A stretch of 33,019 nt of DNA, taken from Sphaeroforma arctica JP610. Taxonomy: Eukaryota. Of the stretch, positions 11,106 through 23,035 are shown piece by piece. The position numbers and the translations under genes were made by a program. The first letter of the stretch is position 1; the number at the start of each line of letters is the position of its first letter. The stretch covers positions 7,244-40,262 of the forward strand of contig NW_014039859.1 of assembly GCF_001186125.1 (NCBI RefSeq), read 5' to 3'. Below the pieces are notes generated by a model. It worked only from the letters and a program-made list of their open reading frames with translations, searched no databases and was not told the origin of the DNA.

Positions 11106-11785
11106 CCTTGCTTGCGGGAGTCACATAATGCGGCCTTACTATAAAGGTGAAATAGATGGAATGATTCATAAAGATAGCAGAGTAATAAGTCGGTGACCAA
11201 GGTGATATTCGTCAACAAAATTACATTGCTATCTTAATGTGGTCACTAGTCGCATTACGACTACAGAGATTATACTCGCAAGGAAACATAATATGGAAAA
11301 CGGATTCCATATGGAAAACGGATTCCATATGGAAAACAGATAAAGGAGCGTATACATACTATCGTACACCTTTTATAGACGGTACACTTTATAGCTGGAT
11401 TAACTTCAGACGCTCTTGACAACCTAGACCATTGAAAAATCTTTTAATGGAAAGCGGCGTAAACGCCTACATAAGTCACAAGCTGAAAAAGATAGCATTT
11501 TCATCTGAAGGCGTGGAAGGTAAAATGCACACGCCAAAAGTATTAATCCTAAGCATTACAGCGCACTTTTCATACATATGTTCCAAAGACTTTGAAGCCG
11601 CAAAAAGCGTCCAGTCGACTATCAAGGACCTACTAGACCTACACTCAAAACTCACAGAAAAACCGAGAATACTTGAGATCTACGCCTGAAGAACATTGAC
11701 TATATGTTTTCTTTTGTCGCTTTTTGTTCACAATCGGCTTGAGTTAGCAACTAGTCTCTTTTAAAAACCAATACTGGGTGGGGGC
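11055..11785 (+). mobile_element. 3' end of a degenerate Ty3/gypsy retrotransposon (integrase C-terminus, chromodomain-like region, PPT at 11776-11784)
   Basis: HVLPWLEKVESIHNVVHPCL, SRITTTEIILAR and AYTYYRTPFIDGT..W.TSDA align by eye with the 23036-23613 fragment (HVTSWLQKIEHMQNVVYPCL, HRIPTSELSFAR, GYTYYKTRFMDGTVAWLTSDA). GGGTGGGGG lies just before the LTR start. Confidence 0.75.
11291..11341 (+). repeat. 18-bp tandem repeat (ATATGGAAAACGGATTCC) x ~2.8
   Basis: Read directly; gives WKTDSI repeats in ORF 11237. Confidence 0.9.
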
Positions 11786-11787
11786 TG

Positions 11788-12119
11788 TGTAGTAGCCGGG
11801 TCTCCGCATTAGATTCATTGTATTTAACCGTACTCTTAAAAAGTCCTTAAACTAGGTCTATCAAAGGCTTCGAATGGTTTTATTATATATTACTTTACCA
11901 TTTTACAAATCAGATATTTAGAGTAAGCTCATTCGAAGGCAAAGATTTATTATCTGAAAACTTCAGTAGCGAGATGGCTCAAGGGCTCAACCGAGAACAG
12001 GTAGGTTTCCAGGGACTATTAACGTTTCCAATTTTATCTTCCGAGCAGCCAACCAGGTTGCCAGTCAGATCTGGGCTAACCGGTAAATCCTGATTCGTGG
12101 CTAACCATTGGTTATTACA
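11788..12119 (+). mobile_element. Probable 3' LTR (~332 bp)
   Basis: Starts TGTAGTAGCC just after the PPT and ends GGTTATTACA, an imperfect terminal inverted repeat (8/10) with TG..CA ends. Confidence 0.6.
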
Positions 12120-15100
12120 ATGGCTATTCACGAGGCAAACATAACTTTAATAGTAGACTACTTTTGCACTTACATTAACTAAAAGACATGAAATAATACT
12201 GAGTACGTTAGAACTTAAGCCGTTGACATCGTCTTGTCAGACCGATGTTTACACTGGAGACTGTCAATACGGAGCCTTTCAGCAGCTACGAGGATAGAAA
12301 CGCCGTTATTTTGTTTGCACTTTGCTCTGCCAGAGATCGCGCTTTGAAAGGTTCAAACGTCGGTCTTAAAAATGATAACATCGCTTTATAATTTACTGAG
12401 ACTCGTTGTGATTTTAGTATGAACTATACTTGCAAATCTGTTGCAACAGAACGGAGTAAATCCCGTTGTGATGGCCTTACATATCTAGCAATTTACATTA
12501 GAGTTAGCATGCGCTGCCCTTATGATAGAATAGCTTGTAGTGCGAACACGATATAAAATATCGATTAATTAACGTTCAATTCTAATGTACAGTGATTTGC
12601 AAATCAATATGCTCAAGTCTGATTCTATCTATAGAACTTGTGGCCTACGATGCTGCAGGTACGTGATTGCCGATTGTTGGTTGCCTAATAAAAAATATCT
12701 TCCCTTGAGTTATCATAGTAAATTACAGCACGCAACAACTTGACACTCGTGCGCATTTCGGATATTTCAGTGAATATGCATAATACGAATCGCATGTACA
12801 CTTCTTTCGCGATCAGTTCCAGCAATTAAAATTAAGGCTTAAGAGCCCTCACTTTGAAGTATTAAGTGCATATTAATTGGATGGACTTTGCGGAGAATAC
12901 GTATACTTTGTATCAATAGCCTACTGACGATACCCTTGCTTATACATAGTTATTTTGCTAAAGTTATCGAGTGTGAATGAGAGGTTTCCAGTCATGCATT
13001 TGGATGGAATCATACGAATCGCCAATATATCGATTGCGCGCTTTTATATACTCGCAATACAACCTGGGCCAACTCGTTGACAATATAATAAAGAAATTTA
13101 TTAGATTGAGCATTTGATATATGCTATCGCGCACCATAAGGCCTATTGATTTTTATCCGTGTGCATGTGTACGTGAACAGTTTTATACTAGGGGCTGATA
13201 CAAACCTATGGCACTGTTAAATATTTACACTTGATTATCTACCTGAGAGCATTTTGCTTGGTAAAGGTCCATTGTAAGGGTTTATGTCTTTTCAAGAACT
13301 TTAAACATTTCACAACATTTCACAGACGGTATACTCAGTGAATGGCTAGCAGTATGTTGAACATACGAAGAGTGCATTCCCGATACACAACTAGACAATT
13401 TATGTAAGCAAGGGCATGGTAGATTTACGATGAGACCTACAAATACAAAATTTGTATACACAATACTTGCTTTGACTTGCTCTGTTTGCAACTTGTGCTA
13501 CAATGTTATCATCGATATATATATACATATCTATTTGGAAATGTAAATTGAAGTTTACATAGCCAAAAGAAACACTCTTCTTTAGCACTATTTTTACACG
13601 CACTGGTGGCACAAATATTATGAGGCTACATAATTATAGTCTATACTCGTGCATAATCCACTAATGATTGCATTACAAAATATATTGCACGCTGTGTGGG
13701 AGGTGATTGAAAATCCACATGAGACTGTAGTATCAATGCGTATATTTGGTCTTGTCGATGATTGTACTGCATACAATTGTAGATAGCATTTAGTGTTGAT
13801 AACGGAGCCAATTTTGTATGCCCATCTGAGAATACCACAGAAGGAGTATTCTCTACAATTTAACAAATTTAACATTGTTTGCTGTAGCACCATAGTGGCT
13901 GATAGATCGAACATAATCAAACCACTGTGCTGGTAATAGAGAAGTCAATTCTATTTAGTATGTATGTACTAACAGAGAATATTTGAGTTTAAAAATATTA
14001 AAGTGGAATCAAAATCCAATCAGAACTACATGTAATAACAATGGAATACTATCGACTAGGTTTATGAATCATAGATATCGTCTCACATGTCAATGGACTT
14101 TGAAAGGGACATTATTTTTTATTGCAATTTTTGGTAAATTGTTGAGTGTCTACATGCACATCAGGCTTCATATTCGTTGGAGAGGTTCTGGGAAGATTGA
14201 AGAGAAATTAGAATTGTAGAACTGCCGCGAGAAACTCGGGGCGAGTGATACAACGATGGAAACTACCGTGCGTGAATTCGTGACGATGGATAGGGAACAC
14301 TTTCACCATTGGATGAGAGCTAAAATCGTATACCATTATGCGGAATAGAGCTGGCCCACACTCGTAGTGGTAAAGGAGTATTTTCAGATACATTGAACGT
14401 GATACCATGAAGAATGAGGTCATCATCCGCAATTCTGTTTTGGAGCGAAGTTGGAGGCTGCCGATGGCACACCATACAACTGATATTTTTGATATATCTT
14501 GGTTAGCCATAGCGGGAAGTATCATGAGCGTTATCAGGAGCCTCGAAGAGTTGGTTCGTACAAAATTCTGAAGCTAGTACCTCATAAGAGTGATGAGACG
14601 AGGTATGGGGAACATAAATTTGTTGGTCAGTACTGAATAAGGGTAAATTGGTACCCGCTGTTCATGGAGAAGGAAGCTCCCGAGATGTTCTTGGAGATTC
14701 TATATGCCGTGGTAGTCATGTCAATTTCGTAGCTGTTGTAATAAGCTCAATCCAATTGGCGGTAGATTTGCCGGCAGCCACCAAGTCTCTTCAAATTGGC
14801 GTGCTGGAAGTAAACTGCAGAAGTTGTTAGCGTGCGATGTGGGGGACAAATAGTAAAGTGCTAGTGTATCTAAAGTATGGTGCATTCGAATGAATTTATT
14901 TATGATCTCACCCTCAGTTATATACTGATGGTGTTTCTACTAGTGTTCAACCACTTGGGTTGGCCAGGGTAAAAACTCATATGATCAGTATGAGAAACCT
15001 TATGCAGAACACTTTAGCACTTGGATATATTTTCTAGAAATAAATATACCATATTCTCTGTTACTACACTCAGTCTCGGACCTCGGCTCTCGGCTAGCCG

Positions 15101-15910
15101 GTGGCCCGTGTCCTTTAAATAGAATAATCTAAGAAGAAGTCTTAAATTACTCTTACGTTCTCTCGGGCTGACCCACCTATACTTATATTAATTTGAGAAC
15201 AAGTCCCAAATTACTCTCGGGCTGACGACGTAAAATTTTATTAACGTATATAGAAATACGTCTACTACTGTAGTCTCTCAGAAGTGGCGAAGCCGTATGC
15301 GCTGGTACAGGAGTGTTGGGAATGCAGTGCTTGTTATGATGGCTGCTGCTTGGATTAGTGCTGAGTTGTGCCGCTCGTACAATGGATTGAATGCGGCATG
15401 CCATATATAAGGGGCCCATGCAGTAATGTACAGACTGTCAGTAGCCGTTGACAGAATGAATATCTCGAATATTGTCAACCTATTTTGCGGATGGCACGAG
15501 CTGAATCCATGAAGCCCATACGCCCAAAAGGACACTATAGCCTGGAGTATTACTCGGTTAATAAACAGTTCACATTGCGATGAGAGAGTGTAAATCGTAT
15601 ATCACGTCCACTGAATTATAAATCAAAAACTGTGGAATTTCTATATTGGTGCCTTGAATAACCATGTATACTGTTATCCTTCTATATATGAGGCAATTAT
15701 CTCTGTCTGCGACTTACATGTATTCTGTGTGATTTAGATTCCGGATTCTGAGCCAGTCGCTTAAAAGTCAGAATATATCATGTGTATAAAAACTTTTGAA
15801 TCCGCCGTCAAATAAACCTTAACAGAATTCATTTTTATAGTGTAATCGCAACATTGAATCTGCAGATATTTTCTTTTTATCAAATAAGATACAATAAATT
15901 TATTTCATTC

Positions 15911-16439
15911 ATGCTTACATTCAACATATCAGAAGCAGAACGAAACCAAGCGTTGAATTTCAATTTTGAAGATGGCGCGTCAACGGGAGATGCACGGACA
16001 TCGCAGCGTAAGCCACTCTCGCTGAGGGAATCAGCTTGTCCGGTTGATGATATGGAACACGAAGATACACCTTCGCCGTTCCAGGCGGACATCACCGTCA
16101 TACAAAATCATCTATCGCAATCCAATCAAGGGTTGCCGTGATGTGGTCCTCGTTGCTCAATTTCCTTGTGGGATGAATATTCATGATTTCAGGGAGACAG
16201 AATTCAACAATTGCACAAACAAGGTGACCATATGTTGTGATGTGGAAACAAAGTGTACAAACATGAGTGTTCACCGTCTGCCTAAAGATGCGAATGACGG
16301 CTGTTGTGCGCTTTTTCATGCACAGTTTTACGATATGGTGCTGCAAACTACCGAGGGGGACGTATACGCCATCTTGTGGCCGTTGATGGAGCCTGTGGTG
16401 GTCAAACCAGATAACATTGTAGGGCATTATCTTAACTAA
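15911..16439 (+). pseudogene. Possible frameshifted coding remnant, product unknown
   Basis: Overlapping ORFs 15854-16141 and 16044-16439 join into a protein-like read (MLTFNISEAERNQALNF.../...SYKIIYRNPIKGCRDVVLVAQFP...) with one frameshift. No family recognised. Confidence 0.25.
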
Positions 16440-17669
16440 ACCCCAAACTCTAAATTGTTACCTAACTTAAGGTGTATGCGGAGGGCAATTGATCTGAGAA
16501 CAAGCTCATCGCTAGCCCATCAATCAATACTTTCAATATCTCATTCTCAAATCATCACATGAATCTGATTTCATTAAGTTTTATTGGCATTTGAGTATAT
16601 ACTAAGTAGGAACTTTCGGGTGAAGGTGACCGATGAGGACATATATACAGCAGAACACTAATAGCGCGATAGATTTTAAGTCTGGAAAGTTGAACGGCCT
16701 GAACTACATCGAAACAAAGTATAAAAAGGTATTTTTAAGTGTGCTTATTTTAAATAGTTTTAAATGAAATACGAGTCGCTAATTTGTGCTATCTAGATGG
16801 AGTAGAATACAAGCTATACATAATTTTCTATACCAGATCAGTTTTGTGAGTTCTACATATATCTAAAGTACGTTGCAGAACCCAGAGCACCCCTGCTATA
16901 TCACTGTAGTATATATTTTGTACATGCAATGTATCTACAATCTACTTGATAGCACAGTTGCACTCTTTTAATACTCCTCATTAATGTTATTCTCTCGTTC
17001 GTGGCTGGCTGAGATAGTAGGGTGAGAATATTTAATGCTCGTAGGTCTCCTTGTATTAAATCTTAGCATAGTGGAATGAGGGCTAGGATTACACACATGT
17101 GCCATTGAATATAGTTAATACTATAGGATAAATAGGATTAGCTGATGGCTCCACGGAACAAATCGTGTATATAGTGCGTAGAATAATTTAGTGATATTGC
17201 TTTGTGTCTGACGTGTTCAGATACCTTTGTACGCATATGTCTCCGTAATGCCTAAAGTATTTGACATTGACAACTATCAATTTGTATCTACTGCACTTAA
17301 GCAACAAATTTCCATGTTGACTGAGGCATACTCGCGTGTATTCACGAGATTCCGCGTTCACTCGCGCAAAATTGCGAGGAATCGCAAAAGCTAGCGAAGC
17401 TAACAAATTCCATCGCCGTCGGCAAACCCCTTTGAAATTGCCACCATGACGATTTACGCTTCACTATATTCTCGTACATCTCGGTGTATCATTCACATGT
17501 TCAAGATAAAGAACATGCTAATTGTTATACTGAAAATCTTCAAGAGTTCAGACATATTCACATAAGTGGTAGTTTACAAGAACATAGTGGACACCCAAGT
17601 ACATTGTTAGGTACTACCGTACCACAACGTGTACAGATTAGAAATTTTCCAAGCACTACAACTTCTCAT

Positions 17670-18890
17670 AAACCCATGTAAACTACTGTACCCTACGATT
17701 TGCTTCCTCATGTCCCGGATGGTTGATCACTGTAGATCCCGCATATATTTCAGGAACTCGAGTGCAGCAACCTGGCAAGCTATAAAATTCAAACAATAAC
17801 GGTGTGCTCCCAAGGATGCTTGCCACATGCCTGTTTGCCATGCTTAAGAACGTATGAGCCGTTCGAGGGATAAGCAGTTGCTTCGCCTGCATCGTGGAAA
17901 GGAGCAATGGGAATCACACACGGCGCCCGTGAATTTAACGGCACACATATTGTTGCGAATGCTTTATCAGCCAATACCTTGCATAGCGCCTTACGTATTG
18001 TGCGCGACAATGGGTTCATCTATGCATTGTATTTATTCCAGTCAAACTTGAAGCCCCCACTCCCCCCCCCCGGTCCGCCTTAAACCACCAGTACTGCCAA
18101 AGTTGCGTGTTGTGGTGAGAGACAAGGGAATCGACATCATTGGATTCGAAATGAGTTTGGACCTGGTCAAAGAAAACCCTAAATACTCAAGCTTCCAGCA
18201 AGATGTACAGAACACAGCCGGGAGGAAAGTATCCGCCATACCCTATGTTTGATAATTTGATTGTAAAATCATATTGTGCAATAATGTGATGCGAACGTTG
18301 CAACATACTATTTAATTTTAACTTTAATGTACATGTTGATTAGCGCCTTGTGATCCGTGTGCACTGTAGAACGCTGTCCGATCAAATGATCATGGAAGTG
18401 AACTAATGCATACGTGAGTGCTTTTAGTTTCTATATAGAGATGGCGTATATTTGCTATTCCTTGTTTTCCCGTCGTTGCCAAAATCATTTGCATTCGTCT
18501 CCAACTCTAGCGTTACCCATTCCACAGGATAATTCACACGGACTGCGGACACAATGCTGTTCTCAGTTAATATTCCGGTTTCCAGCGATCACCAATTGGT
18601 TCCCTGGCTTGAGTCTAGACAACGTCCGTGATAGGGCTACTTTATGTGCAAAGTCGGGTAAATGTGCATGGAAAAGATTTTTTCGGCCCTAATGCGTGTG
18701 GGTGCAATATACATCTGACATCTTGGTATCGGCCAACTACTTATACGCTACTGTTTCTCCTGATCCACGATAATCCACTGAGCATATACCTTCTTTCTCC
18801 GAGTACCATTGTCTCCCTCACGGTAAAGTGACACTTTTTACGTTTGAGATTGAAGTTCTTATCCATTAAGCGCCGAATGACCTCAAAACG
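17670..18890 (-). mobile_element. Highly degenerate Ty3/gypsy pol fragment (RT C-terminus, RNase H, Dam-like MTase, pre-integrase linker); relative of the 20235-23035 element
   Basis: EVIRRLMDKNFNLKRKKCHF, PNFAHKVA, EPIGDRWKPE, LVHFHDHLIGQRSTVHTDHKAL, FESNDVDSLVS, DWNKYNA*MNPLSRTIRKAL..VLADKAFATICVPLNSRAP, PRTAHTF and NHPGHEEANRR are all colinear with the neighbouring copy. Confidence 0.85.
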
Positions 18891-19069
18891 TTTAACGCAT
18901 GTTTCAACGTAAACGGGTTGTGGAAACGTTAGTTTGTTTAAAAAAATCATTAGGCTTTTTTCTGTGAGTATATACGTAAACGCATATGACTAAAAGCGTA
19001 AAACTCATGTGACTGAAAGCATAACGTTTATGAATGTTAACAAAGATTGTTCGCTTCTCGTCTGTCTAT

Positions 19070-19171
19070 GGTGCGGGCGGTTACCATTGTACTATATAAT
19101 GACTCTAATAACAATTTACTGTCCTCTTTCTTCTATCATCACAGGGTTGACCGCGTGCGACACCCCTGTTT
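19070..19171 (-). mobile_element. Candidate PPT + short LTR (19162-19088) + PBS-like sequence
   Basis: Minus strand reads AAACAGGGG|TGTCGCAC...TATAGTACA|A|TGGTAACCGCCCGC. The LTR would be only 75 bp and has no second copy in the window. Confidence 0.35.
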
Positions 19172-19371
19172 GTGACGCCCACCAATAGCGGGTATCAGTG
19201 ACAACTCCTTATTGTTCCTGACCATATCGTAGTATACCATTAAACCTATTTACTCTGGTCTGCTCTTGTTCTTATTGACTTGAAGTGTTATGTATGAGAT
19301 GAGCGTGGTGTGATGTCCTCATGAGCATACTTGAGATGGACACGCTTTCCGTGACTTCGTCACAGCGCCTT

Positions 19372-19522
19372 ACATATTCCGCCTGCTACACCAATAGGGT
19401 TACGCATGTTCTGTCGTCTACGAAATAGTGTCTCAACTGTACCGCCTCCTACGTAACACGTTGCACATGTTCCGCCTGTTGCGTAATAATGTTGTACACG
19501 TTCCGCCGTCTACGTAATAGTG
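19372..19522. repeat. Degenerate ~31-33-bp minisatellite x5
   Basis: Units resembling acatgttccgcc(g)tctacgtaatagtg. Confidence 0.65.
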
Positions 19523-19566
19523 CTACCAATGGTTTCGTTTGGTATGCAACACCACTCCGGGCGACT

Positions 19567-19873
19567 ATGCAACACGCTTGAGGCTGCGGGTTCCTACCGA
19601 CTCTCAAGTCTTCACGCAAAGTTCAATGCGGCGTGTCCTCAGGGTTGCTCACCTCTGAGTAAGAGTCAACAGGTTGCTCGCCTGTACTCTCAGCATCTAA
19701 ATAACCATACGGTCTATTCTGTCGACTGGGTGCCATGCAACACGCTAGTGAGGCTGCGGTTGCTCACCGACTTCAAAGTGCCTATGCAAAGTTCAATGCG
19801 CCGTGTCCTCAGGGTTGCTCGTCACTGAGTTAGAGTCAACAGGGTGCTCGCCTGTACTCTAAGCATATAGATA
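19567..19873. repeat. 168-bp-period tandem duplication in the retrotransposon 3' region
   Basis: atgcaacacgct..gaggctgcg...caaagttcaatgcg.cgtgtcctcagggttgctc...cgcctgtactct.agcat starts at 19567 and 19735. Confidence 0.85.
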
Positions 19874-20234
19874 TACTTGCCACTCACCACCACCGCTCGT
19901 GTTTAGCGACGTATGGCGTCGTGTGTTTGTTTGTTTCTATTTCTGTTATATTAATGTTGCACCTATATTCTTATTAAGCTAGTGTAAGCCCTTATTCGTT
20001 CACGTGTTTGTGTTGTCTTCTCATAGTGTATAGTGCAGCAAATTACTTTTATCATTTCCATGTTCTGTTGTTGTCGAATATGTGTCATGTTTATTTATCG
20101 TACTGTATGCACTATTGTGTCTTCTAATAGTGATCTGTGCAGCTCGTGCATATTATATATTCGAATACAGGTGTCTATTCTATATATAAAATCTTTTAGT
20201 AAAACAATGTTATCCCTCTAACATTTACAATCGG

Positions 20235-23035
20235 TTATACCAGTGTGTTGTCATCACCCATGCATGCAGCAAGGACGCAACCTCGGCCAGACATACCATC
20301 GAGCCAGGCTGCTCTAACCTTGTACCAGGCGTCGTTGTCGTCGACTTTCACGCGTTTGAATCCGTTTGCGATATGCGGGCACGACGTCGAGATCGTCAAA
20401 GGCATGTAGGAGATCCTTCCAACCAACGTACCAAATATTCCGATTGTTGAGTCGCCTCATTGTGACGGTGCGATATGATGTGTCCTCTCTCCATAGAGAT
20501 TTATCAAGTGGTGGTTCCGTAGCCCAATGTACAAGCCGAATAATCTCCACATTCACGGGTCGGTCTCTGAGCTCAGGCGGCTTGCTGCCATCCTTTGCTC
20601 GTAGATGGTAACTCTGATTTTCCCGACTATGAATAACGTACGGACCAAGCAATGGTATCATGGCTTTGGTTGTCGTTCGCTGTGCGAGTATCATGACGAC
20701 GTTCCCCGTCTTAAGTTCAATCAAATCAAATTTGCGCATCTGATCCGTAGCCTCTGCCATGGCTTCAGTATACTTAATTGTTTTCTGATGAAGTTTTGGT
20801 AGGAAAGTCTTCTCTTAATCGTCTAACCTCTTTAACCATGCATCATTCGTGGTAGGAATATGACCAGGTAAGTCATTAGTCATGTTTGCGAACGGGACAA
20901 GTCGTCGACCAAAATAAACGCTGAATGGTGCTGACTTGCGACGTCGTGATATCTGAAGGTTCTGGTATAACATAGTAAACGGTAAACGTTCATCCAACAA
21001 CTCCGGACACCCAACACACAATGCGCGCACACATTTGTGGATTTCTTTATGTCAGCGCTCCGCCGCACCCAACGTCTGCGGGCGGTATAGTTTTGACGTC
21101 TTGTGTATAATGCCCAACGCTCGTGTGATGGGTTTGACAAAATTGTTTACAAATTCAGTACCCTCGTCACACTGAATCTTACGCGGAAATCCATGCTCAC
21201 CAAACACTGACACTAACTCTGCCGCCACTGTCTTTGCATCCTTCGCAGGTATCGCCCGTAGAATAGAGTAGCCCGACGCCACATCAAGCACATGCAAAAT
21301 AAATTTGTTTCCTTTCGTGGATGTGACCGCCATAGGAATGAGATACATTTGTCTGTGATCCCAGGGGTACCGAGCGATAATATTCATTAAAGGATGAACC
21401 CCCTTCTTGATCGTATCGTTGCCCAGGCATGTGTGACATAACTTGCGGACCACTTCTGTGATTGAAAGCATCTGGTACCAGTGATGCCCATCATCCCGCA
21501 TCTGTTGTACTGTAACTGCTGGCGCCGGATGTCCTTGTTCATGAAATTGCCATGTCAACTGTGCACGACGGTTCACTTCCTCGTGCCCTGGATGATTCAT
21601 CACTGTAGCGCCCGCACATATCTCAGGAATTTGTGCAGCGATCTGTCGCGTTCGTTTCGTCATCAACGGCTGTGCCCAATCTTCCTGATAACGTGTACTA
21701 GCGTCTTCACATACAGGTACCTCCAAGCCTAAGTCACACCAAAACGATGGATTGACTTTGTACCCAGATGGAGGGCCAATACTTACCACGATGGTATGCT
21801 CCCGCGGGGTTTTACCACAAGCCTGTAAGCCGTGCTTCGAGAATGTGTGAGCCGTACGTGGGAAAAGTAATGGATCTGCTTGCATCATCGACAGAAGTGA
21901 AGAAGAAACGGAAACCATGGTGCACGTGTGTTCAACGGTAAACATATTGTCGCCGACGCCTTGTCCTGCAACACCATACGCAACACCTTATGTATAAGAC
22001 GCCATGGTGGGCTCACCCATGCGTTGTATTTGCTCCAGTCAAACTTAAACGCCCCGCCATTCTTGTCGTACGACCAGTATTGGCGAAGCTGAGCGTCATG
22101 ACTCGAGGCAAAGGCATCGACACCGTTTGGTCCAAAGTATTTCTGGATCTGGTCCAAGAAATACGGAAACAACTTCCAACATGACGTATAGAACACCGCG
22201 GGGTAGTTGATTACCCTCGTGCCCTCATGAACACGCCTCCACATGTCTGGTAACTTGTTCAGTTCTCCAGGTGGATGTGTAATAGTACAATTGAACTGTG
22301 CAATATATGATGTCATCGTTGCAACATACTATTCAGCTTCAGCTGAGTGTTCATGTATATGAGAGCCTTATGGTCTGCGTGTACAGTAAACCGCTGTCTA
22401 ATGGGATGATCATGAAAGTGAACCAGAGTATAGGAAAGTGCTAATAATTATTTTATCCGAGTTGCATATGTCTGCTATGCCTTGTTGAGAGTCTTTGAGA
22501 AGAACATCAGGTAATGTTTGCGTCCGTCAATCAATTGAAACAATGCGCCACCAATCCCATAGTCGCTTGCATCCGTTTCTAACTCAAGTGGTACACCATC
22601 AACAGGAAAGTTCAACCTGACTGCCGACACGATAGCCTCCTTCATCTGATCCCACGCCAATTGATGTTCTGGCTTCCAACGATCTCCAATGGGCTCCTTT
22701 GACTTAAGTTTAGAAAATGTTCGGAGTGGAGCTACCTTGTGTGCAAAGTTAGGTAGATGATTATGTAGGAAGTTTGGTATTCCTAATGCAGAGGCAATAT
22801 CCCTTTGACATCGTGGGACTGGCCAGTCAATTAAACGTTGCTGTTTCTCATGATCCACGTCAATGCCTTTAGTTCGTATCTTCTTTCTCAGGACTATCAC
22901 CTCTCGCACCGCAAAGTGACATTTCTTCTGATCAAGTTTGAAGTTATTCTCCGTCAGGCGTCGAATGACCTCTTGAACCGTAGCAATGTGCTACTCGTAG
23001 TCGTCCGACGCAATTATTAGGTCATCAACATAGCA
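20235..23035 (-). mobile_element. Ty3/gypsy LTR retrotransposon pol pseudogene: RT - RNase H - Dam-like DNA amino-methyltransferase - integrase (HHCC, DDE, GPY) - chromodomain-like tail
   Basis: YVDD (23021-23032), KLDQKKCHF, LELETDASDYGIGGALFQ, DHKAL, NKLPD; MTase VDAFAS / DW..YNAWVSPPW; H-x3-H...CHTC; GFPRKIQCDEGTEF; PQTLGAAER; GPY (20638-20646); WYVGWKD. RT-RH-IN order is gypsy. Several stops and frameshifts; the first integrase Asp reads Tyr. Confidence 0.93.
21780..22180 (-). pseudogene. DIRS1-type Dam-like N6-adenine (amino) DNA methyltransferase domain within pol
   Basis: FGPNGVDAFASSHDAQLRQYWS (motif I, 22104-22121); AFKFDWSKYNAWVSPPWRLIHKVLRMVLQDKASATICLPLNTRAPWFP (motif IV SPPW, 22002-22013); LLSMMQADPLLFP. 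One frameshift near 21905. Confidence 0.85.

Noticed and set aside
14220..14870. Coding-like segment with multiple stops
   Set aside because: No recognisable motif in any frame.
15059..15310. Possible solo LTR (TGTTACTAC start, repeated CTCTCGGGCTGAC)
   Set aside because: No matching 3' terminus or TSD identified.
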